Positions 45,118 to 55,793 of a stretch of DNA of 64,000 bases are shown one piece after another. The stretch's first letter is position 1. Every line of letters begins with the position of its first letter. This DNA comes from a virus (taxonomy: Duplodnaviria; Caudoviricetes), in IMG/VR virus record IMGVR_UViG_3300025428_000004, positions 502 to 64,501 of that record; one strand, written 5' to 3'. The position numbers and the translations under genes are program-made. The notes under the pieces were generated by a model. It had not been told where the DNA came from, searched no databases, and saw only the letters and a program-made list of their open reading frames with translations.

Positions 45118-47601
45118 ATGTCTTTAACGCCTGGTCTGAAGCATAGCTTACCAGCATCAAACGGTCTTGGTGATCTCGCCCTTGGCGGTACAAAGATCGA
45201 CGATGCTCCGCAAGATAGTGCGGCGAACGATGATCTTCCCGATTTCGAAGGCAAGCCTCTTCTGCGCGTTGAGCATCCCGATGGCTCAATCACGATTAGC
45301 CTCGACGGCAAGCCTGTCTATGAAGACGATACGGCAGAGAAAGCCGCTGAGTGGTTCGCAAACCTTGTTGAGGACATTGACGGCAACGAGCTGTCACGCA
45401 TCGCCAACGATCTCCTACGCGGCATTGAAGACGACCTGGATAGCCGACGCGATTGGGTCGACGACCGCGCGCAAGGCATCCGACTCCTTGGCTTAAAGCT
45501 CGATAGCCAAACAGGCCAGGGATCTGGCGACGGCGCACCGATCGAAGGCATGTCCAAGGTCCGTCATCCGCTCTTGCTAGAAGCGGTGTTGCGCTTTCAA
45601 TCGAATGCTCGATCTGAATTGCTGCCGACTGACGGTCCGGTAAAGATCCGCGTAGACTATGCAGGCGGCTCAACAATCGAGAACGATGAGCTCGCCACAG
45701 ATCTTGAGGACGATCTCAACCATTACCTGACCGACACGGCGACAGAGTATTATCCAGATACGGATCGCATGCTGTTCATGCTTGGCTTTGGCGGCACAAG
45801 CTTCAAGAAGGTTTACTTTTGTCCGCTGCGCAATCGTCCTGTTTCTGAGTCAGTCGATGCCAATGACCTGATCGTCAATAACGCGGCAACGACGCTGGAA
45901 GACGCCAGGCGCGTCACGCATCGTGTGTTTATGCGTCCAAGCACTGTGAAGAGATTGCAGATCCTCGGCGTTTATCGCGACGTCGATCTGACTACGCCGA
46001 TGCAGTCAGACCAGGATAGTGTTCAGCAAGAAAAAGCTAACGTCCAAGGCATTGCGCCAGATGCAATGAACCCAGAGGACAGAGATCGTGAGATCTACGA
46101 ATGCTATTGCGAGCTCGATATCCTTGGCTTCGAGCACAAGCACAAGGGCAAAGAAACCGGGCTAGAGATCCCGTACCGCGTCACGATCGACGTCTCCAGC
46201 CGTGAGATCCTTTCCATTGTCAGGAATTATGATGAGCCGACGGGCGAAGCAGGCGATGTCCTTCCAAGAGCACGCAAGAATTTTGTCAAATACAGCTTTG
46301 TTCCCGGTCTGGGTTTTTACGATATTGGTCTCCTCCATATACTGGGCAACACGACGCAAGCAGTAACAGCAATGTGGCGCGAGATGCTCGACGCCGGCAT
46401 GTTTGCGAATTTCCCAGGCTTTCTGATTGCAGATAGCGGCGCGCGCCAGCAAACAAATCAGTTTCGTGTACCGCCTGGCGGCGCTGCGATGGTTCGCACT
46501 GGCGGCGCACCGATCAGCCAGGCTGTGATGCCGCTCCCGTATAAAGAGCCAGGGCCGGCCATGTTTAACCTCGTACAAGCGATGGTTGAAACAGGACAGC
46601 GCGTAGGCGGTACGGCAGAGATGGCTGTGGGCGAAGGCAGGCAGGATGCGCCTGTTGGCACGACGCTGGCGATGATTGATCAATCAACCAAGGTGATGAA
46701 CAGCGTTCATAAGCGTCTGCATCGCGCCCAGGCTGATGAATTCCGTTTGCTGGTTCGCACGTTCCGCGAGCATCCTGAGTCGTTCATGCACGATCAGTCG
46801 AGTCCGGCGCGCAAATGGACAGAACAAGAGTTTATCCGTGCGATCAACACATATGAGCTCGTACCGCAAGCTGATCCAAACACGGCGAGCCAACTACAGC
46901 GTCAGATGAAAGTCCTCGCGCTGAAAGAATTGCAGGCCGGCAATCCTTCTCTCTACGACCCGGTGGCAATCGACATTGCTGCGTTAAAGGCAATGGGCTG
47001 GAGCAATCCAGAACAATTCATGCAGCCGGAAGAAAAGCGCGATCAGCCGCCGCCAGAGATGCAGGCGCAGGTTGCGATGCTCAAGATCCAGAAGCAGGAA
47101 GCCGACGCCAAGAGCATGACGGCGCAGGCTCATATGCTGAAGGCGCAGAAGGATGGCGCACCGCAACCAGGTGGGCAGCCTGATCCTGTCGCAATGGCTG
47201 AATTGCAACTGAAGCAGCAAGAGCTCCAGGCCAAGATGGCTGAATTGCAGATGGAAGGCGAGACGCATCAGCGTGAGGCCCAGCTCAAGATGGCCGAGCT
47301 GCATGCAAACCGCCTTAACAGTGACAACGACATGCAGTCTCAGCATGCGACGTTGCATGCGCAGAATCTGGAAACGATCGCCAAGCATCAAGCTGCGATC
47401 ATTGACGCCACAAACCGTCAGCGTGACCGTGAAAGCAAAGAGCGCATTGCCGCTGTTCAGCTCGCAGAGAAGATTGCAGCAACGCCAGGTGGCGAGCAGG
47501 TTGCAAACCAATATCTCGACAAGGGCATGTTGCAGCGTCTTGAAGGTCAAGAAGCACCTGTCCCTGGTACAACACCGGCATATCCCAACGAGGGTGAGTG
47601 A
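45118..47601 (+). CDS. Portal protein (long podovirus type with coiled-coil barrel)
   Basis: 827 aa after terL; HPLLLEAV..FQ, LPYKEP, Gln-rich C-terminus. Confidence 0.88.
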   Translation: MSLTPGLKHSLPASNGLGDLALGGTKIDDAPQDSAANDDLPDFEGKPLLRVEHPDGSITISLDGKPVYEDDTAEKAAEWFANLVEDIDGNELSRIANDLLRGIEDDLDSRRDWVDDRAQGIRLLGLKLDSQTGQGSGDGAPIEGMSKVRHPLLLEAVLRFQSNARSELLPTDGPVKIRVDYAGGSTIENDELATDLEDDLNHYLTDTATEYYPDTDRMLFMLGFGGTSFKKVYFCPLRNRPVSESVDANDLIVNNAATTLEDARRVTHRVFMRPSTVKRLQILGVYRDVDLTTPMQSDQDSVQQEKANVQGIAPDAMNPEDRDREIYECYCELDILGFEHKHKGKETGLEIPYRVTIDVSSREILSIVRNYDEPTGEAGDVLPRARKNFVKYSFVPGLGFYDIGLLHILGNTTQAVTAMWREMLDAGMFANFPGFLIADSGARQQTNQFRVPPGGAAMVRTGGAPISQAVMPLPYKEPGPAMFNLVQAMVETGQRVGGTAEMAVGEGRQDAPVGTTLAMIDQSTKVMNSVHKRLHRAQADEFRLLVRTFREHPESFMHDQSSPARKWTEQEFIRAINTYELVPQADPNTASQLQRQMKVLALKELQAGNPSLYDPVAIDIAALKAMGWSNPEQFMQPEEKRDQPPPEMQAQVAMLKIQKQEADAKSMTAQAHMLKAQKDGAPQPGGQPDPVAMAELQLKQQELQAKMAELQMEGETHQREAQLKMAELHANRLNSDNDMQSQHATLHAQNLETIAKHQAAIIDATNRQRDRESKERIAAVQLAEKIAATPGGEQVANQYLDKGMLQRLEGQEAPVPGTTPAYPNEGE

Positions 47602-48203
47602 TGATCGTCATGGACGATTTCCTCCCAGCGTCTCAGGCCGATGAGCTTGAGTCGCTTCTCACCGGCTATGATTTCCAATGGTATTTTCTGAATTTCGGGA
47701 CATGCTCAAAACAGGATATTGAGACGCATCCAGAGTATGGCTGCAACGATCGCCCACAGTTTTCGCATATGCTGTGGCATTATCAGAACAAAGGCATCTC
47801 GAACTATTTCGCCAAGTTCAAGCCGCTGATTGACGCGCTTGAAGAGAAGACGGGCAAGAGATTCGCGTCACAACTCGTTCGCATGAAAGCGAATATGGTG
47901 ATGCAAGATGCAACTGTCGGCGTCGATGATCATCATTTTCCGCATCCAGATCTGAAAACACCGGCAGAGACATTGCTGTATTACGCCAACGACGCGGATG
48001 GCGACACGTTTCTGTTTGAAGAGCGTGATTTCACTGATGAGCCATTGAAGCTGGCGCATCGCATAAGCCCGAAAAAGAACAGGGCGATCCTTTTCAGATC
48101 AGACCGATTGCATGCAGGCGCATCACCGCGTGCAGCAAAATATCGAACAGTCGTCAATGTGCTGTTCGACAAACAAGCAGAGATGGAAGGGGTTGCGGCA
48201 TGA
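47598..48203 (+). CDS. 2OG-Fe(II) dioxygenase
   Basis: R.KAN, PHPD, LYY.ND.DGDT, PKKNR..LF....HA..SP...R.VVN. Confidence 0.85.
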   Translation: MMIVMDDFLPASQADELESLLTGYDFQWYFLNFGTCSKQDIETHPEYGCNDRPQFSHMLWHYQNKGISNYFAKFKPLIDALEEKTGKRFASQLVRMKANMVMQDATVGVDDHHFPHPDLKTPAETLLYYANDADGDTFLFEERDFTDEPLKLAHRISPKKNRAILFRSDRLHAGASPRAAKYRTVVNVLFDKQAEMEGVAA

Positions 48204-48907
48204 GCGATAAGGCAGATCCGATGCAGATTTACATTGGCAATTTTTGGCCGTTCTTTTTTACCGGTCTGAGGCAGTTCCAGTATTCAACCAAGGATGGCGC
48301 TGTCGCTCCCTACACCACGAATTTTTATTTCGACAGCAACCACAGCTCGATGGCGCAGGAGAATTACTCCGCTGATGCGCAGTTCCTCAACAAATGGTTC
48401 ATGCAGATCCGCACAGCCTTCGGCGTTGCTGAGTGGCGTGATGACTATCCAGATGGTCGTATCATTGTGATGGATCCGCCAATTGGCTGGGGCAATGTCG
48501 AATATGTGCCTGGCAATTACTACAACAAGGTCGAAACAGATCCTTGGCAGTGTCAGCCTTTCACGATCGCATCTGCCGAGCAGACGGTTGTGTATGAAGA
48601 GTTCCTGCCGACGTTCACGACGTGGCACGGTATTGAGTACAAGAATGTCTTGGTCTTCTCGTATGCCCAGAAGTGGGGAACGAAAATCAGCGGCGCACGA
48701 TATTGGATGGCCGAGAACCTTGGTCCGGTCGGCGTAGCATTCATTATCCAGAATCCTGATGGCACGTTCACGACATGGGAACGCTCCGACGCAAAGGTCA
48801 TCGAGTTCAACGAGCAGGAAAAGAACGAGATGTTTTTGTCGCGCGCCTCAACTGAGTCGCTCAAGATCAGCGTCGCTGACTACCTCGCGCAGAAGGAAAC
48901 AGCGTGA
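48200..48907 (+). CDS. Hypothetical protein, paralogue A
   Basis: GVAEWRDDYP...VMDPPIGWG shared with next gene. Confidence 0.75.
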   Translation: MSDKADPMQIYIGNFWPFFFTGLRQFQYSTKDGAVAPYTTNFYFDSNHSSMAQENYSADAQFLNKWFMQIRTAFGVAEWRDDYPDGRIIVMDPPIGWGNVEYVPGNYYNKVETDPWQCQPFTIASAEQTVVYEEFLPTFTTWHGIEYKNVLVFSYAQKWGTKISGARYWMAENLGPVGVAFIIQNPDGTFTTWERSDAKVIEFNEQEKNEMFLSRASTESLKISVADYLAQKETA

Positions 48908-49566
48908 TGACTGCAACTGTCAGCATGAAGGATTACTGGCCGCTATTCACGCACGGCGGCAAGATCACTTACTACTACACGGGCATCAAGCCTGAGACGC
49001 CGCATCTCTATGCCGAGATCTTCTACGACGCCGAGAAAAAGGCGATGTGCTACAAAGAGTACGACGTCGCCAAAGACGGATCGTATTCCTGGCGCGATAG
49101 CTGGTTCTATGAATATCGCGAAGGCTTTGGCATTGCCGAGTATCGTGATGATTATCCATCGCCTGGCAAATGGTGGGGCGACACCAAGGTTGTCGTCATG
49201 GATCCGCCGATAGGTTGGGGCGATGTTCAACAAATTGGCAGCGTTTACGAGAATGAGCCTGCGTTTGTGTTCGATCAGTGCATACCGCCGAGCGTTGCCT
49301 ATGGCGATCAGCGCGTAGAGTTCGAGCGCAAGTACGATGAGTATCAGAATGCGCGCGCTTTCTGGATCGACGTTGTTCGCTTCCGTTATTACCAGGCCTG
49401 GAATGGCGGCAATGCAAGCGGCGCAATCTATTGGTTTGCGCCTGCACGCGGTCCAGTGACGCAGCAATTCCTTGCACGCCTGCCAAGCGGTGAAGTCGTT
49501 TACTCCGACATCTACAGCGCAGCGGTCAGCCTGGTTAATTGGCCTAAAGGCGAAGAGGTGGCGTGA
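48904..49566 (+). CDS. Hypothetical protein, paralogue B
   Basis: GIAEYRDDYP...VMDPPIGWG. Confidence 0.75.
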   Translation: MMTATVSMKDYWPLFTHGGKITYYYTGIKPETPHLYAEIFYDAEKKAMCYKEYDVAKDGSYSWRDSWFYEYREGFGIAEYRDDYPSPGKWWGDTKVVVMDPPIGWGDVQQIGSVYENEPAFVFDQCIPPSVAYGDQRVEFERKYDEYQNARAFWIDVVRFRYYQAWNGGNASGAIYWFAPARGPVTQQFLARLPSGEVVYSDIYSAAVSLVNWPKGEEVA

Positions 49567-52500
49567 TGTCAGGCTCTGGCGGCTTATTTGGATTTGGTGG
49601 CTTGAATGGTGGGAGCATGTCTTCCAGCCATAACTCGCAAGCCATGCGCAACAATGTTGCAGGTCCAGTAGGCGGTACGCGTATGGAGTCGCCAAGCTTT
49701 GGTGATTACAGCACGGACCTAGCCAGCCAGGGCAATCTCTTGGACGAGTCTAACTTGACAGGGCAGGCGAATATGTCTGGCTTCCTGTCAGGTTTGGCGA
49801 ACGGTTACGCTAATGGCGGACCGATACCTGCGCATCATCACCAGGCAATCCTCGATGCGCTGCATGTTGTTCAGCATCATATGAAACGCGGTGGCGTTGC
49901 GCCGCATAACATCGACCAGCTCGCTAACATGACGCCGATTTCGACGGGCCCAAATGGGATACCGAAGAATTACGATTTCACGAATAGCATGCAGGTCTAT
50001 TACGACAAGCTTAACTCCGGCAACATGACGCCCAATGCCGCCAATGGTTATGCGGCCAACTTCTCGAAAGAAGCACAATCACCAACGGGCCTTAACTTTG
50101 GCCAGGCGCAGAATAACGGACCGGCAATCGGCCAGGGACAATGGGATGGTCCGCGCAAGCAAGACCTGATCAACTATTCGAATGCCAATTTCAACAACTC
50201 TGACGGTCCAGCATGGAAGCTGCCCCAGGCGCAAAATCAATTCTTCAACGAAGAGCGTACCAATAACCCCGTCATTGCGCGCGCTGATAACCAGATCCAG
50301 CAAGCGACAGATCCGCATCAGGCCACAGCACTTGTCGGCGCTGAATGGGAGAAGCCAAAAAACCTTGCTGCTTCTATGCCGCAGCGCCTTGCCTACAGCG
50401 ACGCTATTACTCAGCGCGTAAACAACGGCAATCCTTTCCCGCCTGGTCAGTGGGAAAAGTCGATGTCCAACTACGACTACAATAGCGGTACGCCAAACGG
50501 CGTGTCTGATAACCGCATTGATCAGATCGCAGCCAAGGGCCCGATGCAGCGCCCTGACGACCTAGAAGCATTGGCCGCTAAAGCTGATGCCGCCGCTGGT
50601 CGCGTGCCGATGCCGCCGCCGCGTCCTGCCGATATCGACAGGATGAAGGGCAATGTGCCGTCTGGCGGAGATCTGCCATCGCGCGGCATGACGCCTGAGT
50701 CAGATCTGCCTGTACGCAAGCCTGATGGCTTGGACTCATCAGACGCGAGTGATGTGATTGATGATGGCGGCGATAGCGTTGACGTCGCTGATAGCGGTTC
50801 AGACATTGCTGATGCGATAGATTTTGCAAGCAGAGGCGGACGCATCGGTTTTGCTGATGGCGGCAGTGACGATCTTGATCCGCGTGACAAGAACAACGGT
50901 GCGCTTGGCGAGTCAGTAGAGTTTGCGCCAGCCCCAGAGCGCAGATCCATCGAAGAGCATTATCCAAAGCCAGACAACGGCACAGATCTCTACGCCATCG
51001 CGCATGATCCGCGCGAAGAGCCGATGAAACGCTACGGCGCAATGGGCGCAGGCATGGCTGGCGATATTGCCAATGGCATGTGGGATCAGGTCAAGAAGCC
51101 TGGAGAGGCGTTGCGTGGCGAGTATGATCCAAGCGGCGGTAGAGGCGTTGGTGCATCTGACCAGGCAGTGAAGGATGCCGTCGGCATCTCGATGATGGGC
51201 CTTGGTTCAGGTACGGCGTTTAACAAGGTGCCCGATGGCGCAATCGGCATGTTCGCCGGCCAACGTGCAAAGACGGCAGACCTCGATGCATTAAAGCGCG
51301 CGCAAGAGATGGCGACGGGCACAACAAAGCCAAAGCCATACGGTGATTTGTTTGAAGGGCAGATACAAGAGAAGCCTGCCTATATGGACAAGATCACGCG
51401 CGATACCGGCTGGCATGCCTGGGGTCCAGACGGCAAACCTGATTGGGCGTTTGAGATTGCTGACAACACGGCGAAGTACAACCCGAAAGCAGGCCTGGCG
51501 CATTCGATTGAGGCTGATCTCCCGTCGTTGCAAACCCAGAACCCGAATGTCTCAGAACCTGCGCTGCGTCGTTATCTGGAAGACAGAGCAAACAAGTCTG
51601 GCTTCATGGCTCCGCTTCATACGATGCTCGATCATCCAGAGCTGTATGACGCCTATCCGCATCTTAAAGACACGCTCGTCTATATTGATCCGCCAAACAA
51701 AAGCAGCGGACGTCAGAAGCTGCTCGATCCAAGCGCGCGCGGCGCGTATCACCATGAGTCTTACCCAAAGCCCGATGGCACAAGAGAGAATGTCATTGCG
51801 CTGAAAAAGGCTGTCGGTATGTCGCCGAATGAAGGCCTGACGACGCTTCTGCATGAGATCCAGCATCACATCCAAAAGCACGAAGATTGGCAAGGCAAGG
51901 GCGACAACTGGAAGAATGCCGGCGAGAATCCTGCAACGAGTCCTCACTGGGAACGCTGGAATAAGTCAGACAAGACTGGTTCAGAGCCCAATAAAACATA
52001 CAGCCAGGTAATGACCTACCTGCTTAATGGCGGCGAGGCACAGTCGCGCAATACGCAACTGCGTCAAAAGATGACGATGGAAGAGCGTCGTCTGGATGAG
52101 AACCATCCATACCTGACGATCCCATTAACGCCGTATGAGCGCAACAAAAAGACCGAGCACTTTGCTGATCCGGCAGACATCCATTATCGCGCTGATGGCG
52201 GCGCTGTTCCAAGACGCGGCTATGCAACGAATGGCGCAGTAGACGGTGAAGTGTCGTTCGCGCCAGACGATATGCCTGCGCCAGAAGAGTCGCATAAGAA
52301 GTACGCCAACGACCTTCCGATCATGGCGCGCGACAATCCGCAAGAGCACATCAACGAAGCACTCGATATCGCAAACCGTCCGCAACCCGACGCGCATTCA
52401 TTCGTGCAGCAAGAGCTCAATACGGGTGAGAAACAGGTGCCGCAATACGATCCTGACGCTGGCGCTAAGACCGCAACCAAGGCGGCTCTTACGGGTTACG

Positions 52501-54065
52501 GAATGACGAATGCTGGCGGCGTACAAGACGCGCTCGGCGCAATGCCAGATGGCGAAGGCGGTTATAATCCGTCGCTATACGACAATATCCGCAAGGGCAA
52601 TTACGCTGACGCTGGCTTCCAGGCGATGGGCGCGCTTGTGCCTGGCGCAGGCGGTGTGGCTGCCAAAGTCGCCAAGGGCGCTAAGGCTCTCAAGGGCGCT
52701 GATGCTGTTGCTGATGCAGCCAAAGCTGCCAATGCGGTTGCTGATACAACAAAGGTCGGCGAAGCGTTCAAGCCTGTTGCGCCAAAGATCATACGCCCCA
52801 ACGAGATTGATACGCCAACGATCCGCCATATCCTGGGCGGCAATGGCTATACGGATATTCCAGAAAGCGCGTTGTTCTTTGATCGTATGAATGAGCCTGC
52901 CAGGATTCAGACGCCATCGACGCTCGCCGGCAATTTCCGTGACGCTGTCAAAGAGCATCTGAATATGAGTCGCATGGATCGTGCGATTAACAGCAAGGCT
53001 GCGCTCGATAAGCTTCTCCCATACATCGGCAAGAAGGATGGCGAGCCAATTGATTTGCTGACGCAAAACGCCAAGCTTGCAAAGTCAGCCAAAGAGCTCG
53101 GACCGATTATGCCAGGCGGCCTTGGTATCGACACCTGGGGTCTGTCACTGTCTCCTGCGATGCAGTGGGGCAAAATGAATCTGTGCTCGCATCACGCACC
53201 ATGCTGGCTTGACTGCCTGGGCAAAAAGTCAGGCGGCTACGCGCTCGAAGGCGGCATGAACGATAGTTACAAGTGGAATCTGCCGCGCGGTAACAGCATG
53301 GCGCGCACGATCGCCATGATGCAAGAACCTCGCGCATTTGCGGTACGGTTGTTGGATGAGCTGAACAGTACGAGTCACAAGGCCAACATGAAAGGCGCAT
53401 TGCTTGGCGCGCGCCTGAACACGCTTTCTGACTTGCACCCATCCGTATGGAAACCGTTCCGCGATGCCCTGCCAGAGGCGACGTTCTACGACTACACCAA
53501 GGTGCCAGGTCTGGTTGCGCGTGATTCAAACCATCATCTGACGCATTCGAGCTCCGGCATATCAACGAAAGCGGTACACAATCCGAATGCTAATTGGCTC
53601 GGACCAAACGGCATGCGCGCGCGATTAGATGCCGGCGACAATGTTGCCGTACCGTTCAGTCAGAAGAATGTTAAGCCAGAGTGGATCCACGACGAAGAAA
53701 CCGGTCGTCGGTACAAGGTTGTCGATGGCGATACGCATGACTTTAGACCGCATGACAAGACGCCAGATGGCGAGCAAGGCGTGATCATCGGCCTGGGCAA
53801 AAAGAACCAGGGTGTGTCTGCCGAATTAGCGCCGCGCAACTCGAAAGGCTTCTACTGGGATTACAACCCAAAGAAGCATGGCGACACCGTCTCTGTTCCT
53901 GATCAGAACCAGTTTGCGAAGGGTGGACGCGTTAAGCCGCGCGTCGATGAAGCTACATTCATGGAACAATTCCACAACCACGATCACTTTGTCGATACCG
54001 GCAAGAAAGAGATCGAGGATTGGTGGACGTTACCAGTAACAAAAGGATCTGCGCGCAAGCGTTGA
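49563..54065 (+). CDS. Polyvalent head-region protein: tail-lysozyme-like + LPD23/HExxH zincin-like + Gp88-like Cys-rich domain
   Basis: N..KE...G.GQW.G.R..WEKP (about 49990-50420); TGW..G.DGK..FEI.D..LDHPELY.AYP.L..LLHEIQH (51240-52130); CSHHAPCWLDC..RLN.LSD..FYDYTK..DGD..DFR (53050-53900). Confidence 0.75.
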   Translation: MMSGSGGLFGFGGLNGGSMSSSHNSQAMRNNVAGPVGGTRMESPSFGDYSTDLASQGNLLDESNLTGQANMSGFLSGLANGYANGGPIPAHHHQAILDALHVVQHHMKRGGVAPHNIDQLANMTPISTGPNGIPKNYDFTNSMQVYYDKLNSGNMTPNAANGYAANFSKEAQSPTGLNFGQAQNNGPAIGQGQWDGPRKQDLINYSNANFNNSDGPAWKLPQAQNQFFNEERTNNPVIARADNQIQQATDPHQATALVGAEWEKPKNLAASMPQRLAYSDAITQRVNNGNPFPPGQWEKSMSNYDYNSGTPNGVSDNRIDQIAAKGPMQRPDDLEALAAKADAAAGRVPMPPPRPADIDRMKGNVPSGGDLPSRGMTPESDLPVRKPDGLDSSDASDVIDDGGDSVDVADSGSDIADAIDFASRGGRIGFADGGSDDLDPRDKNNGALGESVEFAPAPERRSIEEHYPKPDNGTDLYAIAHDPREEPMKRYGAMGAGMAGDIANGMWDQVKKPGEALRGEYDPSGGRGVGASDQAVKDAVGISMMGLGSGTAFNKVPDGAIGMFAGQRAKTADLDALKRAQEMATGTTKPKPYGDLFEGQIQEKPAYMDKITRDTGWHAWGPDGKPDWAFEIADNTAKYNPKAGLAHSIEADLPSLQTQNPNVSEPALRRYLEDRANKSGFMAPLHTMLDHPELYDAYPHLKDTLVYIDPPNKSSGRQKLLDPSARGAYHHESYPKPDGTRENVIALKKAVGMSPNEGLTTLLHEIQHHIQKHEDWQGKGDNWKNAGENPATSPHWERWNKSDKTGSEPNKTYSQVMTYLLNGGEAQSRNTQLRQKMTMEERRLDENHPYLTIPLTPYERNKKTEHFADPADIHYRADGGAVPRRGYATNGAVDGEVSFAPDDMPAPEESHKKYANDLPIMARDNPQEHINEALDIANRPQPDAHSFVQQELNTGEKQVPQYDPDAGAKTATKAALTGYGMTNAGGVQDALGAMPDGEGGYNPSLYDNIRKGNYADAGFQAMGALVPGAGGVAAKVAKGAKALKGADAVADAAKAANAVADTTKVGEAFKPVAPKIIRPNEIDTPTIRHILGGNGYTDIPESALFFDRMNEPARIQTPSTLAGNFRDAVKEHLNMSRMDRAINSKAALDKLLPYIGKKDGEPIDLLTQNAKLAKSAKELGPIMPGGLGIDTWGLSLSPAMQWGKMNLCSHHAPCWLDCLGKKSGGYALEGGMNDSYKWNLPRGNSMARTIAMMQEPRAFAVRLLDELNSTSHKANMKGALLGARLNTLSDLHPSVWKPFRDALPEATFYDYTKVPGLVARDSNHHLTHSSSGISTKAVHNPNANWLGPNGMRARLDAGDNVAVPFSQKNVKPEWIHDEETGRRYKVVDGDTHDFRPHDKTPDGEQGVIIGLGKKNQGVSAELAPRNSKGFYWDYNPKKHGDTVSVPDQNQFAKGGRVKPRVDEATFMEQFHNHDHFVDTGKKEIEDWWTLPVTKGSARKR

Positions 54066-54100
54066 TAGCGGGACGCCGCTTTAATCTCTGGAGAAGTACG

Positions 54101-55045
54101 ATGTCGTTAATTACAGGAAAACAATCCCAGGAGAATGCGAGAGCAAAAGCTGCGCGTCTTACTGGCGGATCGAATTCGCAAAAGCCTTTCTATGGAGCTG
54201 GCGTATTTGATGCAGATAAGAAAACCGGCAAACAGCCAACAACGAAGCCTAAATTCAATGTTGGCGGCAAGGTCGAAGGCAAGGCTGCCGAAGCGCGCGC
54301 CGATCGCGTTGCACGCAAAGCTGGCGGCCGTATTAAAGCGAAGACAACAATCAATGGGCTGACATCTGAGAAGACTTCAAAGATCGCCACAAAGGTTGGC
54401 TCGCCAAAAAGCATGTCTTTACAGAAAGGCGCTGATGACGCGTTGAAGGTCTCTGCCGTCAAGAAAGCATTGACGCCGAAGAAAGACGTTAAGCCGATGA
54501 AGGCTGCGCCAGAGACAAAGCCTGTGGACGTCAAGGATCCAGAGTTCGACGATAAAGCAATTGCCGATACGATGGCGTCTGATGAAGACACAAACGACAG
54601 CGGTGAAGCGTTGAAGCGCGGCGGTCGCGCCAAGCGTGCTTGCGGCGGTACGATGAATGACGGCCCAGACAAAGAGAACGACAATGACGCTGACGATAAG
54701 ATGAATCGTGGCGGTCGTGCAAAACGCGCATTCGGCGGTACGCTCAATGGCGATCATAAAGGCAAAGGAAAAAAGAGTGGCAAGACGAATATCAATATCG
54801 TCATTGCTGCGCCTCAAGGCGGACAAGACGCGGCTGCGCAAGCACCGCAATCTGCTCCCCCTCGCGCTGTTCCACCGCCAATGATGCCACCGCCAGGCGC
54901 AGGTGCTCCTCCAATGCCGCCTCCAGGTGGAATGCCAATGCCTCCAGGCGCAGGCGCTCCTCCTCCAATGCGCAAGGCTGGCGGACGGGTAATGGCTGGC
55001 GCTGGTTCTGGACTTGGTCGCTTGCAGAAAGCGCGTGCAATCTAA
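54101..55045 (+). CDS. Basic, low-complexity head-region protein with repeated xxGG motifs
   Basis: GGAG SD; FNVGG, RKAGG x2, LKRGG, RACGG, MNRGG, RAFGG; Pro-rich tail. Confidence 0.75.
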   Translation: MSLITGKQSQENARAKAARLTGGSNSQKPFYGAGVFDADKKTGKQPTTKPKFNVGGKVEGKAAEARADRVARKAGGRIKAKTTINGLTSEKTSKIATKVGSPKSMSLQKGADDALKVSAVKKALTPKKDVKPMKAAPETKPVDVKDPEFDDKAIADTMASDEDTNDSGEALKRGGRAKRACGGTMNDGPDKENDNDADDKMNRGGRAKRAFGGTLNGDHKGKGKKSGKTNINIVIAAPQGGQDAAAQAPQSAPPRAVPPPMMPPPGAGAPPMPPPGGMPMPPGAGAPPPMRKAGGRVMAGAGSGLGRLQKARAI

Positions 55046-55087
55046 GAGTAGTCTCTCGCGTTAAGGGCGGACATCTGGCGAGAGCTG

Positions 55088-55125
55088 GAGCGGATCGGAG
55101 CAGGGGGTTCTGATCCGCTCTTTCC
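55088..55125 (+). terminator. Terminator-like hairpin
   Basis: gagcggatcggagc/gttctgatccgctc stem followed by tttcc. Confidence 0.5.
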
Positions 55126-55141
55126 ACAAGCAGGGATTCAT

Positions 55142-55354
55142 ATGGGAAGCTTTACGAGATTTGACGTCTACGAGAACGAGCTGCGCGTTCTTCTTGCAGA
55201 TGAGCTAGACCGCCTGAAAGACGAGATGGCCACAGGTCTGTTGAAATCTTTTGAAGATTATCGGCACGTTACTGGAAAAATCGTTGGATTGCGCACAGCC
55301 TTGGAGCTGATGGATGAGGCAGCTCACATCACGAACAAGAAGATTGGCGCGTAA
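55142..55354 (+). CDS. Small helical head-assembly protein
   Basis: G....FE.YR...G.I.GL motif; typical position before GroES-like gene. Confidence 0.65.
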   Translation: MGSFTRFDVYENELRVLLADELDRLKDEMATGLLKSFEDYRHVTGKIVGLRTALELMDEAAHITNKKIGA

Positions 55355-55380
55355 ACGAGTATCCTAACCAGTAGTGGACA

Positions 55381-55782
55381 ATGGCGTATGTAAAGATCGA
55401 GCACGAGGTCGATCCAAAAGAAAAACTATTAGCAGACATTGGAGATCTATCAGGCATACAGGTCTTCAACAATAACGTCCTGGTTGCTGTGTATCAGCGC
55501 CCGACGACGATGACGCTTGGCGGCAAGAAATTTCACCTCTCTGACAAGACGGTCGATGAAGATCGTTATCAGAGCAAGGTCGGGCTTATCGTAAAGCTCG
55601 GTTCAAGCGCATTCCACGATGAAGATGGAACATGGTTCCAGGGCATCGAAGTCAAACTGCACGATTGGGTCGTACTGCCACCGGCTGCCGCAACGAGCAT
55701 GCTGGTGAACGGCGTTCTCTGTCGTCTTGTCGCAGATACGTCGATCAAAATGCTGATCAACGACTGTGACACGGTTTACTGA
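55381..55782 (+). CDS. GroES-like co-chaperonin
   Basis: VLVA, GLIVKLG..AF, DWV, RLV.D..I. Confidence 0.7.
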   Translation: MAYVKIEHEVDPKEKLLADIGDLSGIQVFNNNVLVAVYQRPTTMTLGGKKFHLSDKTVDEDRYQSKVGLIVKLGSSAFHDEDGTWFQGIEVKLHDWVVLPPAAATSMLVNGVLCRLVADTSIKMLINDCDTVY

Positions 55783-55793
55783 TGGAGGGCGCT

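Noticed and set aside
48943-49695. 250-aa minus-strand ORF, and similar long antisense ORFs at 19464, 54190 and 57532
   Set aside because: Antisense to well-supported genes; no motifs or SD.
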